Notes: generated by a model from the sequence alone, not told the origin. A stretch of DNA of 64,000 bases from an uncultured Acidobacteriota bacterium (GCA_963830815.1 CAWHNN010000004.1:34061-98060), one strand, 5' to 3'; positions 22,172 to 35,342 are shown, counted from the first letter of the stretch. Translations and numbers: made by a program.

Positions 22172-22252
22172 AATGCTGAATGCTGAATGCTGAATGCTGA
22201 AGTAAAGGATGAATGCCTTAATTCAGCATTCAGCATTCGAACATTCAGCATT
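22172..22252. repeat. Palindromic AATGCTG heptamer element (4 forward and about 4 inverted units)
   Basis: (aatgctg)4 ... ttcagcattcagcattcgaacattcagcatt, between the lysS stop and the lolE start. Confidence 0.85.
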
Positions 22253-22254
22253 GT

Positions 22255-23782
<1,528 letters not shown>

Positions 23783-23904
23783 GCTCTCTTTTGCCCTTCG
23801 AGTAGCGAAGGTGACGAAGTTCACGGTGTTCAACACGAAGGCACGAAGTTTCGAAGACGACACGAAGGATGTGGACCGTCTGCTGGCACCGCGCTGTGCG
23901 CGGT

Positions 23905-23986
23905 GGGGTGAGGGCGAGCGTCCGAGAGGAGAACATCCTGCGGAATCGCGCAGGATGCTCTCCTCTCGGACGCTCGCCCTCACCCC
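23905..23986. repeat. 82-bp near-perfect inverted repeat (REPIN-like)
   Basis: 38-bp arms GGGGTGAGGGCGAGCGTCCGAGAGGAGA(A/G)CATCCTGCG, 6-nt loop, one mismatch; GTAG just outside the right arm on the minus strand. Confidence 0.85.
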
Positions 23987-24058
23987 TACGCCGGCCTACG
24001 GCCGGCGTGCCAGCAGACTCAACGTTCGAATCAACGCGCTCTTCTCCGTGCGTCTTCG

Positions 24059-24571
24059 TTACTCCGTGTCTTCGTGTTGAATCCCGTTATCTCCGCCGCC
24101 TCCGTCTGCCAGCGCTTTCCTCACCGCGTCCAGCACGCCGTTCACGAACGCGACGGATTCGTCGCCGCTGAACGTCCGCGCGAGCTCGAGCGCCTCGTTG
24201 ATTACAACCTTTGGCGGTGTCTCCGGGTGCGTCAGCAGCTCGCATACTGCAACCCGCAGCACCAGGCGATCGATTACTGCCATCCGCTCGAGCCGCCAGT
24301 TGTGCGCATGCGCCCCAAGCAGCTGATCGATCGCGACTACGCGCGTCGTCGTTTCCTTGACCAGCTCGTTCGCAAACTCGCGAAGCTTGTCGCTCATCTC
24401 GGCGTCGCCGCCGGCCGGTGCATCGCCCTCGGGATGATCTTCGGAACGCTCGAGGCGCCAGTAGCTGCCGATGGTTTCCTGCGGTCCCATGCGGCCCACT
24501 TCGGCCTGATAGAGCATCTGCAGCGCTGACTCGCGGGCGCGGCGCCGACCGGTCGGATCGACCCGCGTCAT
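24059..24571 (-). CDS. nusB: Transcription antitermination factor NusB
   Basis: RRRARESALQMLYQ, NWRLERMAVIDRLVLR, PKVVINEALELA, FVNGVLD. Confidence 0.95.
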   Translation of the reverse strand: MTRVDPTGRRRARESALQMLYQAEVGRMGPQETIGSYWRLERSEDHPEGDAPAGGDAEMSDKLREFANELVKETTTRVVAIDQLLGAHAHNWRLERMAVIDRLVLRVAVCELLTHPETPPKVVINEALELARTFSGDESVAFVNGVLDAVRKALADGGGGDNGIQHEDTE

Positions 24572-25077
24572 GACGAGGCAAACCCGGCAGGTCGCGCCCG
24601 ATGCAAGCGGCGAAAGAGCTGCGCCATCTCGATGGCTGCCGCGGCCGCTTCGAAGCCTTTGTTGTCGCGGCCGCCGCCGGCCCGCTCTTCCGCCTGCTCC
24701 CAGCTGTCGGTCGTCAGCACGCCAAACGCCATGGGCACGCCGGTGTCGCCGGACGCCTCCTGGATACCGTGCGCCACCGACGCCGAGATGTATTCGAAGT
24801 GCGGCGTCGCGCCGCGTATCACGCAGCCGAGACAGACAACCGCGTCGAACGTTCCGGTTTCGGCAAGGGAACGGGCCGCCTGCGGCAGCTCAAACGCACC
24901 GGGCACGCTTACGACCTCCACGTCGTCTGCGCGGGCGCCGGCCTCGTCGAGCGCGCGGCGCGCGCCGTCGCGAAGCGACTCGGTGATCGCGTCGTTGAAG
25001 CGCGAGTACACGATCGCGAAACGGAATCCGGAAGCTCCCGACAACGGGCCCGATGTATCTGCAGTGCCGCTGCGCAC
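24568..25077 (-). CDS. ribH: 6,7-dimethyl-8-ribityllumazine synthase
   Basis: SRFN, VPGAFELP, LGCVIRGATPHFEYI, FGVLTT, NKGFEAA. Confidence 0.95.
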   Translation of the reverse strand: MRSGTADTSGPLSGASGFRFAIVYSRFNDAITESLRDGARRALDEAGARADDVEVVSVPGAFELPQAARSLAETGTFDAVVCLGCVIRGATPHFEYISASVAHGIQEASGDTGVPMAFGVLTTDSWEQAEERAGGGRDNKGFEAAAAAIEMAQLFRRLHRARPAGFASS

Positions 25078-25078
25078 G

Positions 25079-25880
25079 CTATCTCCCCTTGAACTCTGGC
25101 TTGCGCTTCTCGAGAAATGCTCGTGTGCCTTCGCGCATGTCTTCGGTGCTCGCAACCAGACCGAAAAGCGCGGCCTCGAACGCGAGACCCTCGGCGCAGG
25201 GACATCTGCAATCCCTTGTTGACCGCCTCGATGATGTAGCGGGCGGCAATGGGCGGCTTGCTCGCGAGCAGTTCGCGCCAGCGTCGTCGACTTCCTCGCG
25301 CAGCGCGGCCGCCGGCACGACACGATTGACCAATCCGAGCCGCAGAGCCTCGGCGGCACCGACCTGTTGGCCGGTCAACATCAACTCGAGCGCAGGCCCG
25401 GCGCCGACGAGACGCGCCAGCCGCTGTGTGCCGCCGTAGCCGGGAATCAGGCCGAGATTGATCTCCGGCTGACCGAGTTTCGCCGTGTCCGCCGCGATAC
25501 GAAGCGTGCACGCCATCGCGAGCTCACAGCCGCCGCCGAGCGCGAAACCATTGATGGCGGCGATTGTCGGTTTGCCGAGGTTCTCGAGGAGATCGAAGAC
25601 GCGCTGGCCACGAAGGGCCTGTTCGCGGGCAGTCGTCGGGCGTCTGCTTCGCCAGCTCGTTGATGTCGGCGCCGGCAACGAACGCCTTGTCGCCAGCTCC
25701 GGTAATCACGATGACGCGGACAGCCTCGTCGCGCCCGAGATCGACTAGCGCGGTCTCGAGCTCGTCCAGCGTCCTGGCGCTGAGGGCGTTCATGACCGCG
25801 GGACGGTTGATCACGAGGCGCGCGCACGCGCCGTCGTGCTCGACCTGAATCGTCTCGAACGTGCGCGATCCGTCGCTCAT
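25079..25880 (-). CDS. Enoyl-CoA hydratase/crotonase (indels)
   Basis: [67 protein letters not shown]. Confidence 0.9.
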
Positions 25881-26427
25881 AGGAAAAGAACAGGAAAAAG
25901 GCGAAAGCGCCGAACTCGAAGTATAACCCGGCGATCACGCCGCTTCTGGCGGAACCCGCCCTTCAGGCCGCAAATTGCGCCAGGTTTTCGGCGGCAGCAG
26001 CCGGACGTCAGGTCGCCCGCCGGTACTGCCAGGCGCGTCACGACAAAGCGGAGGAGAAGGACGACGACGACCCCGGCAGTCGCCCCGAGAAAGTCCGCGA
26101 ACAAGTCGTGAACGTCGGGACTGCGGCCGGGCGTAAATGACTGGTGAATCTCGTCAAACGCGCCATAGAGCGTCGCGAGCACGACCGCGAGGGCGCCGGT
26201 CCGCGGCGTCACCAGGGCCAGTCGCGCCTCCGCCAGCGGGAATGAGGAACAGAACGCCGAGCACCGAATACGCCAGCAGGTGCTCCGGCCTTGTCCCAGA
26301 AGCCCCAGGACGGAAGCTCGTCCCCGGGCACCGACGAAGCAAAGAAGATGAACCCCATGTAGAAGATCGGCGGGGCCCACCGCAGCACGCGCGTCAAGAA
26401 CGGGGATCGTGGCTCGAAGGGACTCAC
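25877..26427 (-). CDS. VanZ family membrane protein (indels; 3' end uncertain)
   Basis: WAPPIFYMGFIFFASS, WDK..HLLAYSVLG, YGAFDEIHQSFTPGR..DVHDLFAD. Confidence 0.8.
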
Positions 26428-26597
26428 AGCGGCAGCGGATACATGAGCCAGCCGAGCACTACGGCCGTTGCCACGAATCCGCCGAACATCATGCCGCCGA
26501 GACGTATCTGCTGACGCGGATCGTCGCGCAACAGCGTGGCAAATACGGTCGACACGAGAAACGCGAAGAGCACGAGGAGCAGGAAGTGGCTCGTCAC
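26424..26597 (-). CDS. Small two-TM hypothetical protein (57 aa)
   Basis: MTSHFLLLVLFAFLVSTVFATL..VVLGWLMYPLPL; overlaps both neighbours by 4 nt. Confidence 0.7.
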   Translation of the reverse strand: MTSHFLLLVLFAFLVSTVFATLLRDDPRQQIRLGGMMFGGFVATAVVLGWLMYPLPL

Positions 26598-27006
26598 TTC
26601 CGCCCCATTGCGATGTCGAAAGCGTCGAGGACGACGAGAAAATTCAGCAGACCGGCGACGATGAGAAAGCTGTTGCCGTACTCGTAGGTCGTGGCCGTCA
26701 CTTCGCCGGCGCCGGCGCCCGAGCATGCGCACGAGGATCCACGGGCACGCCGAGCCCGATGTCAGCCACCGCTGCCAGTGCCACGAGCGGATCGGAAAGC
26801 TCGAACGGGAATACACGGCCGCGCAGCGCCAGCCCGACGACGAACATCACGGTCAGCACGACCAGGAAGACAGCGGCCTTCTGCCGGCGGCCGAGCCAGA
26901 AATGCGCGGCGCCAGGTATGGCCCAGGCGAGCACGCAGACGAGCGTCAGCGTGCCGGGTTCCCCGGCTGCGCGAGTAGTGTCCGCCGTGCTGGTCTTGGT
27001 CGCCAT
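26594..27006 (-). CDS. DUF6677-like membrane protein (indel)
   Basis: LAWAIPGAAHFWLGR, YEYGNSFLIVAGLLNFLVVLDAFD. Confidence 0.7.
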
Positions 27007-27035
27007 CTACAATCACTGTCTCCGCTAACCAGCGA

Positions 27036-27482
27036 TCATATCGCATCGCTCGGACGCGCCAGCGATCGGACGATGACAACGGCCGCCGCGAAACCCAGGG
27101 GAAGCCGGTCAACAGGCGCACGATGTTCGTCGTGTGAATCAGCCCCAGCCATTCCAGTGCCACCGTCGACTGCGATCGGCAGAGCGGCCATTGCCAGCAG
27201 CAGCCGGCTGGTCGCGGCGGATATCGAGCCGCGGCGGCGTGACGCAACCAGCAGGCCGACAGCGCCGGACAGGTAAAGGCCGAAACAACGGGCGCAGACC
27301 GGCAACTGCGCGCCCGCGAGGTGAAAGGACCGTTCCGGACGCTGATGGCAGACGAGCGACCCGGCGTGGTAGACGGCCATGTCAGCGCCTGAGAGCCGGC
27401 CGCTGGCGAGCGCGACGGGCGACGTCAAGAGGAGCATCAGCCACACCAGCGCCGCACCCGTGAGGCCCAGCCTCAGGTTCAC
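27036..27482 (-). CDS. DUF2085-like membrane protein
   Basis: VCHQRPERSF, LPVCARCFGLY. Confidence 0.75.
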   Translation of the reverse strand: MNLRLGLTGAALVWLMLLLTSPVALASGRLSGADMAVYHAGSLVCHQRPERSFHLAGAQLPVCARCFGLYLSGAVGLLVASRRRGSISAATSRLLLAMAALPIAVDGGTGMAGADSHDEHRAPVDRLPLGFAAAVVIVRSLARPSDAI

Positions 27483-28428
27483 GCAGCTGATCTCGTGACG
27501 GCCGAAGTTGGCCTCGTACCGGGCAACGAATTCCGCCCAGGTGAAGGCATGGCTCTGGCCGCCAAGGTGCTCGAGCGCGTAAGTCGCCGCCACGGCGCCC
27601 AGCCGGGCGCACACCTCGTAGCGCGGCGCTCTGCGCCAGGCCCTTCATGAACCGCGCGGAAGGCATCGCCGACGCCGGTCGGATCGACGATACGCTGACG
27701 GCGGCACCGCCGGCACATCCGTTGCGGCCTTCGCGCGTGTAAATCGAGCAGCCCTCTTCGCCGCGCGTGATGACGAGCGTCTCCGTGTGCATCGAGCACT
27801 GATGTTCTCGTCGATGCCGGTCTTCTGCCGCATCAGCTCGAACTCGTAGTCGTTGCAGATGACGAGCGTCGAGCGCTTCGAAGCCGGTCTGCAACTCCGG
27901 CCCCGACATGCGCGCGCACTGCTGGCCCGGATCCCAGATGAACGGCATGCCGAGCGTGCGGCACTCCTCCGCGTACTGCACCATCGCCTGCGGGATCGTT
28001 CGGCGAGATGATCGCCAGCGCGCAGTCCGTCGACGCCGCGGAACGACAGCTCGCGCGGCGTTGGCCATCGCCCCGTGTAGAACGACGCGATCTGGTTGCT
28101 CTCGGTGTCGGTGCTGCAGAAGAACGACGCCGTGAACTTCCCCGTCACTTCGCGCGACGAGCGAGGTGTCGACGCCCGCGGCCTCGAGCCAGCGCCGATA
28201 GTCGTCGAAATCCTGGCCCGCCGTCGCCATCAGGCGCGGCCGCTCGCCGAGGAGCGCGAGCGTGTAGGCGATGTTCGGCGCGCAGCCGCCACGCCGCTTG
28301 TCCATCGTGTCGACGAGGAAGCTGAGGCTCACCCGGGACATGTGCTCCGGCAGGAAGTGCTCCGTGAACTTGCCGGGAAACGACATCAGGTAGTCGAACG
28401 CGATCGAACCGGTGACGACGATGCTCAT
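27479..28428 (-). CDS. PfkB-family kinase, adenosine kinase-like (many indels)
   Basis: IVVTGSIAFDYLMSFPGKF..VSLSFLV, RRGGCAPNIAY, DPGQQ, CNDYE, ITRGEEG, VDPTGVGDAFR. Confidence 0.85.
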
Positions 28429-28566
28429 AGTTGAGTGTCTGATTCCTGTCTGTCACGAGTCACGGTGCTCACGAAGCGCTCGACGCCACGACGAGCACGA
28501 GGATCCCGAACGTCGACCATCGGACCCTCGAGTCTCGCGGCCATCGTGCGAGCCGAGTCTCTGACC

Positions 28567-29420
28567 CTAAAGGTACTTGCCAACGATCGGCGCCAGATCG
28601 CGTCTTGACGTCCGCCGGCACCGCGTCGGGACGCGTGATGATCGCGTGCTTCAGCGCGCGTCGCGCACTCGCACGTGCGCTCGAACGGCAGCGCCTCGAC
28701 GGCGCTGGCGATGACCTGCTGCGCCGTCTTCGCGTTCTGCGTCAGGTTGGCGATGATCATCTCGACCGTCACCTGGTCGTGCTCGGGATGCCAGCAGTCG
28801 TAGTCGGTGACGAGCGCGATCGTCGTGTAGCAGATCTCCGCCTCGCGCGCGAGCTTGGCCTCCTGGAGGTTGGTCATGCCGATGATGTCCATGCCCCACG
28901 AGCGATAGAGCTTCGACTCGGCCAGCGTCGAGAACTGCGGCCCTTCCATGCAGACGTACGTGCCGCCCTTGTGCACCGTCGCGCCGGCCGTCTGCGCCGC
29001 GCTGAACGCCAGCGCGCTCAGCGGCGCGCAGAACGGGTGCGCGAAGCCGACGTGGCGACGAGGCCGTCGCCGAAGAACGTCGAGATCCGGCCGCGCGTGC
29101 GGTCGAAGAACTGGTCGGGAATGACCAGGTCCATCGGCTTGTACTCCTCCTTCAGGCTGCCGACCGCGCTCGCCGACAGGATGTATTCGACGCCGAGCGC
29201 CTTGAAGCCGAAGATGTTCGCGCGGAAGTTCAGCTCCGACGGCAGTAGCGATGTCCGGCGCCATGCCGCGCCAGAAACGCGACGCGCTTGCCGCGCAGCG
29301 TGCCGATGACATAGGAGCCGACGGCTCGCCGAAGGGCGTCTGGACGCTGCGCTCCTCGCGGTCGGTGAGCTCCGCCATGTCGTACAGACCGCTGCCGCCG
29401 ATGATGCCGATTGTGATCAT
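28567..29420 (-). CDS. mtnP: S-methyl-5'-thioadenosine phosphorylase (indels)
   Basis: [58 protein letters not shown]. Confidence 0.9.
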
Positions 29421-29427
29421 ACGATGA

Positions 29428-29487
29428 AATGCTGAATGCTGAATGTGGAATGCTGAATCGAAGCTGAAGGGTGAAGGGTTCGAAGGG
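29428..29487. repeat. AATGCTG-type heptamer array upstream of mtnP
   Basis: aatgctg aatgctg aatgtgg aatgctg ... aagggtg aagggtt. Confidence 0.75.
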
Positions 29488-29489
29488 AT

Positions 29490-30332
29490 GCTGCACACTG
29501 CAGTGCCGCTCGACCCGCTTCCGGCCGTTCACTTCGCGGATGTAGCCGGCAGCGATGTCGGGATCGTGCTCGAAGAATATCAGATACTCGCGGTCGATCG
29601 CCTCGCGCACGAACGCGCGTTTGAACGCCAGCGTATCCATCGGATAGAGGTCGTAGCCCATGATCCACGGCTCGTCGACGTGCGCCGCCGTCGGGATCAG
29701 GTCGGCGGCGAAGACCGCCGTCCGTCCGCCTGACTCGATGACACGATCTGATGATGCATGGTGTGGCCGCCGGTGCGCACGACGCGGACGCCCGGCATGA
29801 TCGCGTCGTCGCCGGCGACGAGATCGAGGACGCCGGCCTCGGCCAGCGGCACGAAGTTCTCCTTCAGGTAGCTCGCGCGATTGCGCTCGTGCGGATGCGT
29901 CGGCATCCTCCCACTCCGCGGTCCGCACGACGTAGCGCGCGCGGGGAAACGCCGGCGACAGCTGGCCGCGCGCTGTCTCGCGACGTGAAGCCGCCGGCAT
30001 GATCGAAATGCAGGTGCGTGGCCAGCACGATGTCGATGGATTCGCGGCTCAGACCGGCATCCGCCAGCGAATGGTCGAGGTTCCTCGCAGCGATCGATGC
30101 GCGTAGATGTCGGTGCTCTTCGCGTCCATCTTGCCGCCGATGCCGGCGTCGATGAGCATGCGTCTTCTCGCCCGGACGAGTAGCGGCCGGAGCCCCAGGC
30201 GGATGCGGTTGCGGTCGTCGGCCGGGGCCCGCTTCTCCCACAGCGGCTTGGGCACGACGCCGAACATGGCGCCGCCGTCGAGGCGGAAGCTGCCGTCCCG
30301 AGCGGCATCAGGACGAGATCGCCGAAAGTCAT
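29490..30332 (-). CDS. MBL-fold metallo-hydrolase (many indels; 3' end approximate)
   Basis: FRLDGGAMFGVVPKPLW, LATHLHFDHAGG, TGGHT, WIMGYDLYP, FFEHDP. Confidence 0.85.
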
Positions 30333-30338
30333 CGACGG

Positions 30339-30775
30339 CTATCGCTTCCGGATCCGAGCCTCGAGTGTCGAGCCCGACATCTCCTTGAGCTCGACCAGGA
30401 CGCCGTGCGCGCTCGCCGGGATGCACGAAGGCGACGAGCGATCCGTGCGCACCGGGCCGCGGCGTCTTCGTCGATCAGGCGGACGCCGCGTGCCTTGAGG
30501 CGCGCGAGCGCCGCACGAATGTCCGGAACCGCAGCGTGACGTGATGGAGGCCCGGGCCGCGCTTCGCCAGGTACTTCGCAATCGGAGAGTCTTCTGCCGT
30601 CGCCTCGAGCAGCTCGAGCGCGGCTTCGCCTGCCGGAATGAAATGCGCCCGCACGCGCTGCGACGGCACCTCTTCAGGCGTCGTCGACAGCCAGCCCGAG
30701 CGCGTCGCGGTAGAACGCGAGGGCGGCCGCGACGTCCGACACGGCGATGCCGATGTGGTCGACCCGTGTCGCCAC
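30339..30775 (-). CDS. mce: Methylmalonyl-CoA epimerase (indels)
   Basis: VDHIGIAV, EEVPSQRV, LELLEA, SPIAKYLAKRGPGLHHV, HGVLVEL. Confidence 0.85.
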
Positions 30776-30799
30776 GGATTCGGCACGCGCAACGGCCTT

Positions 30800-31749
30800 G
30801 TCGCCAACCGTCCTGGCGACGATGGCGTCAGCCGCGGAGTACGGGATCGATCTCGCGTGTCGGCGATGCGATCCAGCACCCGCTCGAGCTCGCCCGGTCC
30901 GAGCACGTGCGCTCGGCGTGCTGCAGCAGCGCTGCGCCAGCAGCTCGCGCAGGCGCCATTCCGCGCGCGCGCGGCGGCGCGCTGTCCCGCGATCGAGACG
31001 AATGCGCTCGGAACCGATCGATCGTCGGCAGCAGTTCGGCGACGCCCTTGCCGGTGGTCGCTTCCGTCTTGAGGATCGGCGGCCGCCATTCGTCCGGTGC
31101 CGTAATGAATGCAGCGACAACACGCGCTTCGATTGACGCGACAGTCCGATCGGCGCCCTCGCGATCTGCCTTGTTGACGACGAAGATGTCGGCAATCTCC
31201 ATGATTCCGGCCTTGAGCGCCTGGACCTCGTCGCCGCTGCCCGGCGCCACCAGTCACGATCGAGATGTCCGCCGTGCGGACGATCTCGACTTCGTCCTGG
31301 CCAACGCCCACGGTCTCGATGAGGACGACGTCCTTCCCCGCGGCGTCGAAGGCAAGCGCAACGTCGCTCGTGGCGCGCGCCAGTCCGCCAAGGTGGCCGC
31401 GCGTCGCCATGCTGCGGATGAAGACGCCGGCATCGCTGGCATGCGACTGCATCCGCACGCGATCGCCAAGGATCGCGCCGCCGGTGAACGGGCTCGTCGG
31501 GTCGACGGCGACGATGCCGACCGTACGGCCCGAGGCGCGGATGGCCGCCGTCAGCTTGTCGACGAGCGTGCTCTTGCCGGCGCCGGGCGGCCCCGTGACG
31601 CCGATCAGGAACGCGCGGCCGGTGCTGGCAAAGATCCCGCGGATGAGATCGGCGCCGGCCGGCGATTCGTCCTCGATCAGTGAGATCGCCCGCGCCAGAG
31701 CGCGCGGGTCGCCCGCGAGGACACGCTCGGCCAGAGTTGCCTGGGTCAC
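30800..31749 (-). CDS. meaB: MeaB/ArgK GTPase (indels; 3' end approximate)
   Basis: [64 protein letters not shown]. Confidence 0.9.
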
Positions 31750-32892
31750 TGCGCCAGAAGTTGTCGGGCGATGACGAGACGCTGAATCTCGCTCGTGCCT
31801 TCGCCGATGGTCAACAGCTTGACGTCGCGGAAAAACTTCTCCGCCGGGTAGTCCTTCACGAAGCCGTAGCCGCCGTGAATCTGCACGCAGTCATCGGCGG
31901 CCTTCACCGCGATTTCGCTGGCAAACAGCTTGGCCGTCGACGACTCGCGCGTCGTCCGCGCGCCGCTGATCGCGGAGGTAGGCGGCACGGTAGGTCAGGA
32001 GCCGCGCCGCCTCGATGCGCGTCGCGTTGTCGGCCAGCTTCCACTGGATCGCCTGGAACCCGGCAATCGGCTGGCCGAACTGCCGCCGCTCCTTCGCGTA
32101 GTTGAGCGCCGCTTCGTAGGCGCCCTGCGCCAGGCCGACCGAGAGGGCCGCAATCCCGATGCGGCCGCCGTCGAGCACCTGCAGCGTGTTGATGAAGCCC
32201 TGCCCCTCCTCGCCGAGCAACTGGTCGGCTGGCACGCGGCAATTGTCGAACAGGACCTCGCTCGTATCGCTGGCGCGCATGCCGAGCTTGTTTTCTTTCT
32301 TGCCCGGCGACATGCCCGGCGTCCCGTGCTCGACGATGAAAGCCGAGATGCCGCGATGGCCCTTGGCGCGGTCGGTGACGGCGATGACGACCATCACGCC
32401 ACCGATGCGGCCGTGCGTGATGAACGTCTTCGAACCGTTGATGACCCAGCCGTCGCCCTGCACGCACGGCCGTCGTTCGCATGCCTGCGGCATCACTGCC
32501 GGCGCCAGCTTCGGTGAGCCCCCAGGCGCCCCAGCACTTCACCCTGCACCAGACGCGGGAGAAAATGCTTCTTCTGCTCGTCGGTGCCGAACAGCGAGAT
32601 GTGGGCGGAGCACAGTCCGTTGTGCGCGGCGACCGAGAGCGCTACCGACGGACAGACACGCGCCAGCTCCTCGATGCAGATGCAGTAGTCGACCGCCGAC
32701 AGCGCGGCGCCGCCGTACGCCTCGGGAAACTGCACCCCGGCAAGGCCGAGGGCCGCCAGCTTCGGCAGGAGCTCCGTCTGGAAAATGCTGCGCCTCGTCC
32801 CACTCCATGACGTGCGGGCGAATCTCGGATTCCGCGAACTCGCGGACCGTGCGGCGCAGCAACTCCTGTTCTTCAGTCGGCCGAAAGTCCAT
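31746..32892 (-). CDS. Acyl-CoA dehydrogenase (indels)
   Basis: [60 protein letters not shown]. Confidence 0.92.
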
Positions 32893-32975
32893 TGACGGTG
32901 AATGTATCACGCGGCTCGGGGCCCACGGTTCGGTCTCGCGGTTCGGTCGGCGCCCATCGTCGGCTATCCTGAGGC

Positions 32976-33467
32976 ATGCTCAATCGCGCCCGGTGGCTCT
33001 TCCTTATGTCGCGCTCCTCGCGTTCCCGTCCGACGGCTTCCGCTGACATCACCGCCTTCCTCGGCACCAACCCGACGCCGGTAAACCGCGTGACGACGGG
33101 TTTCGGCGTCGGAGCCGGGCTCGTGATCGTGGGGTTCGAGTTCGAGTACGGCCACACGCGGGAGAATCTCGACGAGCTGGCGCCGAGCCTGCGGACGTTC
33201 ATGTTCAACGGCCTGCTGCAGACACCCATTCCGATCGCCGGCATGCAGTTCTACGGCACGGCCGGCGGCGGCGTCTATCACGAGTCGCTCGGCGAACTGC
33301 AGACTGTCTGAAACGAACGTGGGGATCAACTTCGGCGGCGGGCGTGAAGGTCAATCTGGCGGGGCCGCTGCGGTTGCGCTTCGACTACCGGATATTCACG
33401 CTGCAGGGCGAGCCCGCGGCACTCGAAACCCCAACGCTTCTATGCGGGATTGAATCTGAAGTTCTGA
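32976..33467 (+). CDS. Small outer-membrane beta-barrel protein (indels)
   Basis: Amphipathic strands [32 protein letters not shown]-terminal [12 protein letters not shown] (beta-signal-like terminal Phe). Confidence 0.7.
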
Positions 33468-33561
33468 GCACGCGGACGGGCTGGTGATGCCCGGTGCAAC
33501 AAGTACCTGGCGTTCGATCGAACCAGCGAACTACGCGAACCCCGGGCAGCCTGCGTACATC

Positions 33562-34074
33562 CTACTTGACTGGCGTCAGGTTGAGCTTGTTGTAGCCGGC
33601 CGCGAAGGCGCCAGTGCGCCTTCTTGGACCACTCGCTGGTCTCGGGCGCGCGAGTTCGTCCGGCGTCAGCACCTTCTGCAGCGAGTGCAAAGAGCTCGTA
33701 CTCCGCATCCTTCATGGCGGGGTCGACAGAGGACGACGTAAAGCGCGTTGCCGGCCGGCGGCGCCTTCCGACGATTTATACACCTTGAGGCTCGACAGCT
33801 GACCTTGACCACGGCGTCGTCGGTCTTGCCGGCGCCAGCGCTCAACTTGGCAACCAGCTCCTCAAAGACGGCCGTCTGATCGCGCTTGATCTGGACGAGC
33901 AGAAGCCCGGCCTCGGTCGTGAAAGCGAGCTTCGGGGGTCCGGCGGGCTGGCCGGAGGGCGGCGCCTGCTGCGCTGGCCGCTGGCCGGCGGGAGGGGTCT
34001 GAGCGAAGAGCGCCGCAGGCGCGAGCGCAACCATGAGACAGCATCGGGGCACAAGTGGTGAAGGGGCGACGCAT
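33562..34074 (-). CDS. Hypothetical secreted protein (indels)
   Basis: AAGGAGG RBS before ATG 34074; signal peptide, P/Q linker, GLLLVQIK..TAVFE, KVYK, LYVV..DP, ends YNKLNLTPVK. Confidence 0.6.
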
Positions 34075-34209
34075 TCAAACTCCTCCTTAAACAGACACAA
34101 ACAAACTCACCGTGCGATCTCCGCCGATCGTCGGTGATACCGAGGTCACGAAAGGCGACACTTTACCGTACCCGGCGTCGCGCGGCTACCGCCGTGGGAC
34201 CGAAGGTCG

Positions 34210-35342
34210 TCACACAAAAATCTGCATGATTTCATTAGCAACAAGCATACCCTCGCGGGTCAGCCGCAAGCCGATTGCCGTCGCGGACCAGCACGCGCGC
34301 CTCGAGAAAGGGCTGCAGCCCGGCGCCAAAACGCTCCCAGACATCGACGCCGTAACGGCTGCCAACGTCCTCCATATCCACGCCTTCCGTCAGCCGCAGG
34401 CCGGTGAACATCGCGTCTTCCAGCCGTTCCCGGCGGTCATGACGCGACGCGTCGATCGCCGGCGTCTGCCGCCTTCGCTACGCGATCAATGTACTCAGCC
34501 GTGGCCGCGACATTCTTCCACCGCTCGCCGCCCCGGGTGGAATGGGCGCCGCAGCCGAAGCCAATCCATTCGCCGTCCGTCCAGTATTTCAAATTGTGGC
34601 GCGACTCCCGTCCCTCGCGACACACGTTCGAGATCTCGTACTGTCGATAGCCCGCGCGATCGAGCGCGCTGAGGCCCGTCAGGTACATCTCCGCCGCGTC
34701 CTCGTCCGGCGCCTGGGACCAGCCGCCGCGCGCCATCTCTTCCTTGAGCGGCGCATTCGGATACAGCTCCAGCAGATAGAGCGACACGTGATCGGGCCCG
34801 AGCGTCGATCACTCCCTCGACGCTCTCCAGCCAGTTCGCGATCGACTGCTCGGCAGCCACATCATCAGATCCAGGCTGATGTTGTCGAAGCCGGCACCCG
34901 CGCGCTTCGGCGAACGCCGACCGCGCCCGATCCGCCGAGTGCAGCCGGCCCAGCCGCGACAGCTCGTCGGCCGCAATGATTGGACACCGAAACTGACCCG
35001 ATTGACGCCCGCGGCGCGAAAATCCCTCATCCTTGAGACGTTCGAGGTCTCCGGATTGGTCTCGAGCGTGATTTCCGGGTCGTCCGTTACCGCGAAGGCG
35101 GGCCGGCAGGCGTCAATCAGGCGCGGCGATTTCGGCGGGATCGAGAAGCGACGGCGTCCCGCCGCCAAAAAAGATGGTGTCGGCCTTTTCACCGCGGCCG
35201 GTGCGTCAGGATCTCACGCTCGAGCGCCGCAACGTAGCGGTCCTTGACGGCGGCGTCGAAGAGCCCGCGGTTGAAGTTGCAGTAGTTGCAGATGGACGAG
35301 CAGAACGGGACGTGCAGGTAGAGGCCGAGCAGCCGTGGACAC
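34210..35342 (-). CDS. hemW: Radical SAM heme chaperone HemW (indels)
   Basis: LYLHVPFCSSICNYCNF, ITLETNP, GVNRVSFGVQS, NISLDLM, YEISN, HNLKYW, GFGCGAH. Confidence 0.88.

Noticed and set aside
23783..24058. Lysine riboswitch or T-box in the lysS leader
   Set aside because: No T-box (AAGGTGGTACC-like) or L-box consensus recognised; the region is explained by repeats. An Rfam scan would be decisive.
30475..31749. Apparent extended MeaB or MeaB-epimerase fusion
   Set aside because: Read-through comes from indels; MeaB and Mce motifs lie in different frames.
34075..34209. Possible riboswitch upstream of the secreted protein gene
   Set aside because: Only small hairpins; no match to a riboswitch consensus I can recognise.
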